A stretch of DNA of 5,077 nt, taken from positions 1 through 5,077 of IMG/VR virus record IMGVR_UViG_2974666017_000001. One strand, given 5' to 3'. The translations under genes were made by a program, and so were the position numbers. Shown here in pieces: positions 1 through 4,453 of the stretch; the stretch's first letter is position 1; every line of letters begins with the position of its first letter. The notes below the pieces were generated by a model that saw only the letters and a list, made by a program, of their open reading frames with translations, was not told where the DNA came from and did not search any database. This stretch comes from a virus.

Positions 1-51
1 AAAAAGTTCTCCCCGTGCCCCCGTAGGGGGGTCAGGGGAGTTCTTTTTTTT
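1..51 (+). terminator. Rho-independent terminator-like hairpin; would follow the Zot-like gene if the molecule is circular
   Basis: ctcccc (9-14) pairs with ggggag (35-40). Inner ccccc (18-22) pairs with ggggg (26-30) around loop gta. A T-run follows (41-51, ttctttttttt). The 5' AAAAAG (1-6) can pair with CTTTTT (43-48), giving a bidirectional look. Confidence 0.6.
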
Positions 52-190
52 ACCGGAGCACTCCCGCCGTCTTGTCACGCGATAGCGTCTCTACCGCGTC
101 CCCCGTCCCCGCAAGGCCAAAGCCCTTGCCCTTCCAAAACAGACTGGCAGGGGCTTCCGGTATGTAGTGGCTGCCGTGACGTCGGGAGTC
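52..190. other. GC-rich, dyad-symmetry-rich non-coding region; candidate packaging signal and/or complementary-strand origin
   Basis: No credible ORF, and composition is clearly more GC-rich than the T-rich genes. Local hairpin: gcaagg (111-116) with ccttgc (124-129). Mutually exclusive long-range complementarities: accgga 52-57 with tccggt 156-161, actcccg 60-66 with cgggagt 183-189, and gtcacg 74-79 with cgtgac 175-180. Function is inferred by analogy with Ff intergenic regions. Confidence 0.35.
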
Positions 191-222
191 GGTGGGCGTG
201 CGTGTAATACGCCCACCTTTTT
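191..222 (+). terminator. Intrinsic terminator-like hairpin just upstream of the rep promoter
   Basis: Perfect 8-bp stem: ggtgggcg (191-198) with cgcccacc (210-217). The loop is 11 nt, followed by TTTTT (218-222). Confidence 0.5.
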
Positions 223-233
223 GAAATTTCCTC

Positions 234-262
234 TTGACAACTCATTCATACTATGGTAACAT
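234..262 (+). promoter_or_regulatory. Sigma70/sigmaA-type promoter for the replication operon
   Basis: TTGACA (234-239), a 17-bp spacer, then TAACAT (257-262) preceded by TGg (254-256, extended -10). The predicted transcript start near 268-270 lies downstream of the ATG at 253. Confidence 0.6.
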
Positions 263-294
263 TTAGCCATGGAAATGAAAGGTGGTTTTTTCAC

Positions 295-1434
295 ATGAAA
301 GTGGTTGTCAAACTTGATTATGCTACGTTTGCTTTCGAGCAGGGGTCTATTTCTATTCCGAAAATTGAAGATGCGCTTGCACAGTGTGATTTGCACTTTG
401 CGCAGACTTCCAACGCAAGTGAGAATTCCCCCTATAATTCCCCTGCGGGACTTTTCTATAAGCCTAACAACGGTGCGAAACAGTCTCCGCACTCTTTACA
501 AGTGTCTGGTCATGGTTGTGAGCTTTTCCGCTCCACCTTGCCGCGACTCGCGTCATTGATGCAGGAAGGTCACGAATTCGGTCACTTTTCCCGTCTCGAC
601 TTTTGTTTCGATGTTGTTATGACAAAACAACGGTGGCGCGAGTTTTATTTGGGTGTTATTTTTGCTTCTGTTGATGAAATGAACAACCCCGAAAAAGCCC
701 GCAAAGTTCGCAAATTCATGTATCAGGGTTACGGCGATTCCACTACCGTCTATATTGGTCGTAGAACGTCTTCTGCGGTCTTCTGCCGCATTTATAATAA
801 GTCCCTGCAAGACCCTGAGAAGAAGCTCTGTGCGGCTTCTGGTGAGCTTCTGGACTGCCCTGATGATTCCTATGTCATTCGCTATGAGATGGAGCTTAAA
901 TTTGCTTCTCGTGTGCGTGCTGGTTCTCGTTCCGTCTATGACCCTTCTCCGCTTTTCTGGTTCTATTATGAAGACGCTGAAAAGCTTTTCGCGTATCTTC
1001 GTAAAGTCTGGAACCGCTACGGTAATGAAACTCTTCTCCCTGATGGTTGGGAAGACATGGAATTTGTGACTGATATTGAAGCTCGCAACATTCAGTTCAC
1101 TAAGGACTTATTGCATCCCCTTAGTGATGATCTTGCTCAAAAGTTTTCCGTTTCTATCCATACCGAGGAACAGAAAATGTCCTACGTTGCAAACGTCTTC
1201 GGTCACCGGATTATTGATATCTTGCTCTATCGTCCCGAGCTTCTCTTCCTCGCTTGTTGCAAGTGGGAACAGTTTTATGATGAACGTCTTCCGTTCTCCC
1301 CTCTTGCACTGACACAAGAAGTCGCTCAATTCTCCGAGTCCTCCCGCATCGCCGACGAGGAATTCAAAGAAGTTACTGATGACCCCTCTCCCTTTAGCGA
1401 AGTCGGGTTTGATGATATAACTTTATTCTTATGA
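295..1434 (+). CDS. Rolling-circle replication initiator, Rep_trans-like (the family of CTXphi RstA and pT181 RepC)
   Basis: Long ORF. Remembered family motifs are present: KLDYATFAF near the N-terminus, LQVSGHGCELF, FSRLDFCFDV, TVYIGRRTSSAVFCRIYNK, and IRYEMELKF. Start 295 is preferred over the track start 253 because SD gaaaggtgg (277-285) precedes ATG 295 and ATG 253 sits inside the promoter spacer. Confidence 0.8.
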   Translation: MKVVVKLDYATFAFEQGSISIPKIEDALAQCDLHFAQTSNASENSPYNSPAGLFYKPNNGAKQSPHSLQVSGHGCELFRSTLPRLASLMQEGHEFGHFSRLDFCFDVVMTKQRWREFYLGVIFASVDEMNNPEKARKVRKFMYQGYGDSTTVYIGRRTSSAVFCRIYNKSLQDPEKKLCAASGELLDCPDDSYVIRYEMELKFASRVRAGSRSVYDPSPLFWFYYEDAEKLFAYLRKVWNRYGNETLLPDGWEDMEFVTDIEARNIQFTKDLLHPLSDDLAQKFSVSIHTEEQKMSYVANVFGHRIIDILLYRPELLFLACCKWEQFYDERLPFSPLALTQEVAQFSESSRIADEEFKEVTDDPSPFSEVGFDDITLFL

Positions 1435-1449
1435 AAGGATGGTCACTCT

Positions 1450-1683
1450 ATGAAAGTAACTGTAGTTGGTAAGTCCCGCCGCGCTGGCAAGTCTAAAACC
1501 GGTAAAGACTATGATTTTACTACCATCATGTCGGAGTTTGACATGCGTGCGAACGATGATAACTCCGGTGTGCAGGTTGATAGAATCAACGTTGATGCTC
1601 GTATGATGCCGTATGCGCTCATTGTCGTTGGCGCTATGTACAATCTCGACTTTGACCGCCACGGATATCGCCTCGGAATTTAG
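1450..1683 (+). CDS. Small ssDNA-binding protein, gene V (g5p)-like
   Basis: 77 aa, basic and hydrophilic, immediately after rep, as in Ff and Pf3. SD gaaagg (1433-1438) lies 17 nt before the ATG. RRAGKSKTGKDYDFTT resembles the G-x-S-x-x-G-K/N-P-Y loop of Ff and Pf3 gene V proteins (Pf3 protein is 78 aa). The match is from memory, with no search. Confidence 0.6.
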   Translation: MKVTVVGKSRRAGKSKTGKDYDFTTIMSEFDMRANDDNSGVQVDRINVDARMMPYALIVVGAMYNLDFDRHGYRLGI

Positions 1684-1812
1684 GAAGTCAAGCTTCCTCT
1701 GTTCCTACACAAATTTCATTGCCTAGTACATCTCGATTTGACCGCACGGATATCTCCTCGGATTGAGGAAGTCAAGCTTCCTTTGTTCTAACCCAAATTT
1801 CATTTCCTATGG
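1633..1812 (+). repeat. Imperfect head-to-tail tandem duplication, period about 87-88 bp, about 2.1 copies, beginning inside the ssb 3' end
   Basis: Copy 1 (about 1633-1720) aligns to copy 2 (about 1721-1806). The best core is 1645-1725 versus 1732-1809, with about 7 substitutions and 3 single-base indels by hand alignment. Each copy carries the identical hairpin aggaag-tcaag-cttcct (1682-1698 and 1766-1782). Confidence 0.85.
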
Positions 1813-1832
1813 GAGAGCGGGTCGCCGCTCTC
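1813..1832 (+). other. Perfect 8-bp stem / 4-nt loop hairpin, 4 nt upstream of the tRNA
   Basis: gagagcgg (1813-1820), loop gtcg, ccgctctc (1825-1832). No T-run follows, so it is not a classical terminator. Confidence 0.6.
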
Positions 1833-1836
1833 ACAT

Positions 1837-1910
1837 GGCGGGGTAGTGCAATGGTCGCATGTCACTCTCTGAAGGTGAAGCTGCTGGTTCGAATCCAGAC
1901 CCCGCAACCA
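1837..1910 (+). tRNA. tRNA-Gln (anticodon CUG), 74 nt, CCA encoded
   Basis: Hand-folded cloverleaf. Acceptor: GGCGGGG with CCCCGCA, six Watson-Crick pairs plus G1.A72. U8 A9. D stem: GTGC with GCAT (one G.U), loop AATGGTC. Anticodon stem: TCACT with GGTGA (one U.G), loop CT-CTG-AA with the anticodon at 1869-1871. Variable loop: AGCT. T stem: GCTGG with CCAGA (G49.A65 mismatch), loop TTCGAAT. Discriminator A, then CCA at 1908-1910. Confidence 0.75.
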
Positions 1911-1958
1911 AAACGGACTTGACCTCCGTTATTCGATGTCGCGAAAGGTGGTGGCGAA

Positions 1959-3137
1959 GTGAACAAAAAGCAGCGGTGTTTTTATAAGCGCTTCGTCGCC
2001 CTTCTCGCGTCCTTGATGGTATCTCTTTCTTTGTGTATTCCTTGTTTTGCTGGATTCGAAACGGAAGCTGATATGCCTTCTCTGGATGATTTTTATAGTC
2101 ATCATGGTTCGTGGTATGTTTGGCGTAGTGCTACTATTTCTGGTTTTTCTTTTTATGAGTTGCTGTGCTCTCCTATCACTGTTTCTGGCACTTCTTATTC
2201 TCTGCCTTATTCGGTTTCTTATTCCACAAATGCGTTTGATGTATCTTATTTAGCTAACGATTCTGGCAAATCTTATGATTATGCTTGCGCTTTTCCTCTT
2301 CCTCTCCGTGGTGCTTCTGGTTATTGGTATGAACTACCTTCTTTCCCTATTGGTTCGGGAATGAAGTTTGATACTTGTTCTGTTCGCGTTTATTCTACCG
2401 CTGCTCAACCTTCTGGTTCTTTCGGTTTTTTAACTTCTTCTTTTAGTCGCTCAGACCGCATTCTTTCTTTCGGAAATACTTATGGTTCCTCTTCTGGCTC
2501 TTCTACCGATACTTTAGATTCGTTTTCTTTTTCATCCCCTTTTTATTCATATCCTTTTGCAATTCGTGAGTCTTCTTCTTCTTCTGCAAGTGGTTATGTT
2601 TTACAAGGTGGTGATAATAACTTTATTATTCCTTCTCCTGGCTATTTAAGTACCCGTTCTTTGCATCTTGGTGTTACCCGTTATCTTCGTGGAACTAATT
2701 CTTTTGTCCTTTATCCGTCTGGGTACACTATCCCGTCTTCTGATATCGGTTTTGTTTTTGTTCAGCAGCCTTCTTCTACTCCTGTTTATTCCGCTTCTGC
2801 CTTTGATACTTCCGGTTCTTTCGCTTTTTCTCTCCTTGTTCCTGCTTCTCGTTTGTCTGATGTTGAAATTGGTGATTGGTTGTCCGAATCTCCTGAGGAT
2901 TTGCAAGACGCTATTACCAAAGAATTTGGAGTTGATTCCGATACTCTTAAAAACTCCAAGGATAATTTGAATTCTTGGAATTCTGCTTCCTCCGTTGACT
3001 CTGATGTTGCATCCGGTGCTTCTGGTCTTCTCGGCGGTCTTTTTCAGAATTTAGGCACGTTTCTCTTTTCTGTTTCTCTCCTTTCCTTCGGTGCTGTTGT
3101 TCTCCGTATGCTCATTAGAAAGGCGGTCGACGGATGA
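1959..3137 (+). CDS. pIII-like minor coat / adsorption protein; secreted, Ser-rich, C-terminal membrane anchor
   Basis: GTG start 7 nt after SD gaaaggtgg (1943-1951). N-terminal signal peptide: MNKKQRCFYKRF, a hydrophobic stretch, then CFA/G. Long Ser/Tyr/Phe-rich low-complexity centre. C-terminal hydrophobic helix LGTFLFSVSLLSFGAVVL followed by a basic tail RMLIRK, the same layout as the Ff pIII anchor. Coding status is high confidence; function is by analogy. Confidence 0.6.
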   Translation: MNKKQRCFYKRFVALLASLMVSLSLCIPCFAGFETEADMPSLDDFYSHHGSWYVWRSATISGFSFYELLCSPITVSGTSYSLPYSVSYSTNAFDVSYLANDSGKSYDYACAFPLPLRGASGYWYELPSFPIGSGMKFDTCSVRVYSTAAQPSGSFGFLTSSFSRSDRILSFGNTYGSSSGSSTDTLDSFSFSSPFYSYPFAIRESSSSSASGYVLQGGDNNFIIPSPGYLSTRSLHLGVTRYLRGTNSFVLYPSGYTIPSSDIGFVFVQQPSSTPVYSASAFDTSGSFAFSLLVPASRLSDVEIGDWLSESPEDLQDAITKEFGVDSDTLKNSKDNLNSWNSASSVDSDVASGASGLLGGLFQNLGTFLFSVSLLSFGAVVLRMLIRKAVDG

Positions 3138-3265
3138 CTTTTCTTGATTTCTTCAAATCAGTTTTCGGCCTTTTCGGTTCTGGTGGTGCTCTGGTTATTG
3201 CCGTTGTCGTTTTTCTTGTCGGTCTCGGTATTTATAAGTTCGTAAAGGATTGGTTGCCATGGTAG
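3134..3265 (+). CDS. 43-aa hydrophobic virion-type protein (coat candidate, Pf3-style without signal peptide)
   Basis: Not in the ORF track. The ATG overlaps the upstream stop (ATGA, 3134-3137). SD gaaagg (3118-3123) lies 16 nt before the ATG. Translation: MTFLDFFKSVFGLFGSGGALVIAVVVFLVGLGIYKFVKDWLPW, with an acidic N-terminal end, a hydrophobic core and two C-terminal lysines. Confidence 0.5.
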   Translation: MTFLDFFKSVFGLFGSGGALVIAVVVFLVGLGIYKFVKDWLPW

Positions 3266-3426
3266 ACTTTGTTTCCGCTCTTGGTGTTTTTACCTCGTTT
3301 ATCGCCAATGTGCTTTCTATTTCCTTTTTTGGCTTCGGTACCTTTGGTCATTTCATTTTGGTTTGTCTCCTGCTTTCGCTTGTTGGTTTTGTTCTCCGTG
3401 GCCTTTGGGATGGAGGTGATAAATGA
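3259..3426 (+). CDS. 55-aa double-hydrophobic-segment protein (pVI-like or other minor virion/assembly candidate)
   Basis: Not in the ORF track. ATG 3259 overlaps the previous ORF's end (ATGGTAG). taaagg (3243-3248) lies 16 nt upstream. Its stop TGA (3424-3426) overlaps the next ATG (ATGA). Translation: MVDFVSALGVFTSFIANVLSISFFGFGTFGHFILVCLLLSLVGFVLRGLWDGGDK. Preferred over the TTG-started track ORF 3269-3460 because of this coupling geometry. T-rich DNA makes any frame look hydrophobic, so confidence is moderate. Confidence 0.45.
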   Translation: MVDFVSALGVFTSFIANVLSISFFGFGTFGHFILVCLLLSLVGFVLRGLWDGGDK

Positions 3427-4037
3427 TGGAAGTTCCTACTATTATCAAAACTTGGGTTGATTCTGACGGTGTTACCGTCTATACAGTGCAGTATAAAGAT
3501 GGTAGTACTTGTGATATGACCGTCCAGCAGTATGATTATCTCAATGCATCCGCGCAGGCTGTTGCCGATTTGGACGCTAAAGCCGCTGCTGATTCTTCCT
3601 CGGAAGCTGCTCCTGCTCCTGAGGAACCCGCGCAGAATATTACTGAATCTCCAGACCTCCGCGAAGGTTATGTTTTGCATGAAGAAGAATTACCTTTTGA
3701 GGGGAGTTTAACCGCTTATGATGACCGCGCAGCAGATACTCCGGCTCTGTATGCTAATCTCCCTAACGTCTCTAATAGTTTCACTGCTATTATGGATTGG
3801 TTTGGCGATACGTTTTTCATTGAACGTACTGAGACGGTGCACAAGTCCGGTTATACGTCCGAAAGGTACTCCTATAATAGTGCGACTCAACTTATTCAGC
3901 TCCCCTATGAGGAGGATTGCACGACTTCCTCTCAGGTTCTCAATCCGCAAGCTTGCGTTTCTGCTTTGCTTGTTGTCCTTGTCTTCGTTACTTCTGTTAC
4001 GTGGATTAAAAACGCGATTTGGGGGCGCATGAGCTGA
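3423..4037 (+). CDS. 204-aa acidic protein with a single C-terminal transmembrane anchor; function unknown
   Basis: Strong SD GGAGGTGA (3412-3419) precedes ATGATG. There is no N-terminal signal peptide. An Ala/Pro/Ser/Glu linker (AAADSSSEAAPAPEEPAQ) separates two hydrophilic parts. The C-terminal hydrophobic helix VSALLVVLVFVTSVTW is followed by KNAIWGR. Confidence 0.7.
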   Translation: MMEVPTIIKTWVDSDGVTVYTVQYKDGSTCDMTVQQYDYLNASAQAVADLDAKAAADSSSEAAPAPEEPAQNITESPDLREGYVLHEEELPFEGSLTAYDDRAADTPALYANLPNVSNSFTAIMDWFGDTFFIERTETVHKSGYTSERYSYNSATQLIQLPYEEDCTTSSQVLNPQACVSALLVVLVFVTSVTWIKNAIWGRMS

Positions 4038-4150
4038 TGGAAATTTTACCTTTGCAGTATTGTCTCGGCATCTTTTCTGTCCCTGAGATTGGCTATTTCA
4101 TTGTCTTTGCCGCTGTTTTCTCTATGTTGGTTCTCCTGCTCCGTCCGTGA
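4037..4150 (+). CDS. 37-aa hydrophobic peptide (pVII/pIX-like minor coat candidate)
   Basis: Not in the ORF track. The ATG overlaps the upstream stop (TGATG, 4035-4039). Translation: MEILPLQYCLGIFSVPEIGYFIVFAAVFSMLVLLLRP. Size and hydrophobicity match the small tip proteins of Ff phages. Confidence 0.4.
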   Translation: MEILPLQYCLGIFSVPEIGYFIVFAAVFSMLVLLLRP

Positions 4151-4251
4151 CAGGTGCCATATATATTTCTATGAAAGGATGATGACTTCAGGGCGCTACT
4201 ACTTCTATTCTCCCAACGCTGCTTTCCTTGGTCGGTGAGTTCTTCACCTCG

Positions 4252-4380
4252 ATGATTACTTGGATGGGTCAGCTCATTGATTTCTATGAGTCTCAGCCCA
4301 TTCTCCTTGTCTTCGTGATTCTCACTATCGCGGGCATCGTTCTCCGTATCCTCCGCCGCTGGATTCCCGGTCGTTCCTAA
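4252..4380 (+). CDS. 42-aa major-coat-like protein (pVIII-like); start uncertain
   Basis: Not in the ORF track. Translation: MITWMGQLIDFYESQPILLVFVILTIAGIVLRILRRWIPGRS. It has an acidic N-terminal part (D, E), a roughly 16-residue hydrophobic core and four C-terminal arginines, the classic pVIII charge layout. A very strong terminator follows it, as with Ff gene VIII. The frame stays open upstream to 4186, with alternative starts TTG 4228 and CTG 4219. No good SD lies at normal spacing from ATG 4252. Confidence 0.5.
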   Translation: MITWMGQLIDFYESQPILLVFVILTIAGIVLRILRRWIPGRS

Positions 4381-4390
4381 CGATTGAGAG

Positions 4391-4431
4391 AAAACGCCGC
4401 CGACCATTTTTAATGGTCGGCGACGTTTTCT
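4391..4431 (+). terminator. Strong rho-independent (bidirectional-looking) terminator after the coat-like gene
   Basis: AAAACG-c-CGCCGACCATT (4391-4408), loop ttt, AATGGTCGGCG-a-CGTTTT (4412-4429). That is an 11-bp GC-rich stem, plus a 2-bp extension across one C.A mismatch, flanked by an A-run and a T-run. Confidence 0.8.
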
Positions 4432-4453
4432 CATTTAGAAAGGATTATATGTT

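Noticed and set aside
253-294. Track start codon (ATG 253) for the Rep ORF
   Set aside because: ATG 253 lies within the spacer of the TTGACA-17-TAACAT promoter, so it should not be on the transcript. ATG 295 has a well-placed SD (gaaaggtgg) and gives an N-terminus (MKVVVKLDY...) closer to the family.
91-492. 133-aa ORF on the minus strand
   Set aside because: It runs antisense through the GC-rich intergenic region, the rep promoter and the start of rep. It has no SD and is Arg-rich, the typical product of reading GC-rich or antisense sequence. All supported genes in this ssDNA-phage-like unit are on the + strand.
1633-1812. Direct repeats as a CRISPR array or as attL/attR ends
   Set aside because: There are only about two contiguous copies of ~87 bp with no spacer between them, and the repeat is far longer than CRISPR repeats. 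The copies are adjacent rather than flanking an element.
1919-1924. TTGACC as a -35 element for the structural operon
   Set aside because: No acceptable -10 hexamer lies 16-18 bp downstream. The motif sits in the loop of the weak 1912-1930 hairpin.
1959-2055. Lipoprotein signal (lipobox) in the pIII-like protein (LSLC)
   Set aside because: The residue before Cys is Leu, whereas a lipobox needs Gly, Ala or Ser there. An ordinary signal-peptidase-I site (CFA/G) a few residues later fits better.
3269-3460. 63-aa TTG-started ORF in the track, and similar hydrophobic alternative-frame ORFs (305-559, 755-1069, 1076-1312, 2047-2253, 2668-2970, 3718-4032, 4413-4655, 4806-5024)
   Set aside because: T-rich DNA gives Leu/Phe/Ser-rich open frames in any register. 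These overlap better-supported genes, lack an SD at the characteristic spacing, and several run across gene boundaries or terminators.
4153-4180. dif-like XerCD attachment site (ggtgccatatatatttctatgaaaggat); also tatgta-containing sites near 158-170 and 1634-1644
   Set aside because: Hand alignment to E. coli dif (GGTGCGCATAATGTATATTATGTTAAAT) and B. subtilis dif matches only the GGTGC..CATA part and a TATG core. The XerD arm matches at about 5 of 11 positions. That is not enough to call an attP, though a proper profile search could revisit it.
4189-4191. Phage tRNA(CUG) acting as an initiator at the CAG codon that sits exactly 16 nt after the SD at 4173 and in frame with the coat-like ORF. 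The tRNA has a 1:72 mismatch, as bacterial initiator tRNA does.
   Set aside because: An attractive coincidence, but the tRNA lacks the other initiator hallmarks. It has no three consecutive G:C pairs at the bottom of the anticodon stem (it has A29-T41, C30-G40, T31.G39), and it has the elongator-type pyrimidine11-purine24 pair. With no sequence evidence beyond spacing, I treat it as speculation only.
4093-4434. 113-aa ORF on the minus strand
   Set aside because: It is antisense to the coat-like ORF, and its start lies inside the 4391-4431 terminator stem. There is no RBS and the composition is antisense-type. It is probably spurious.
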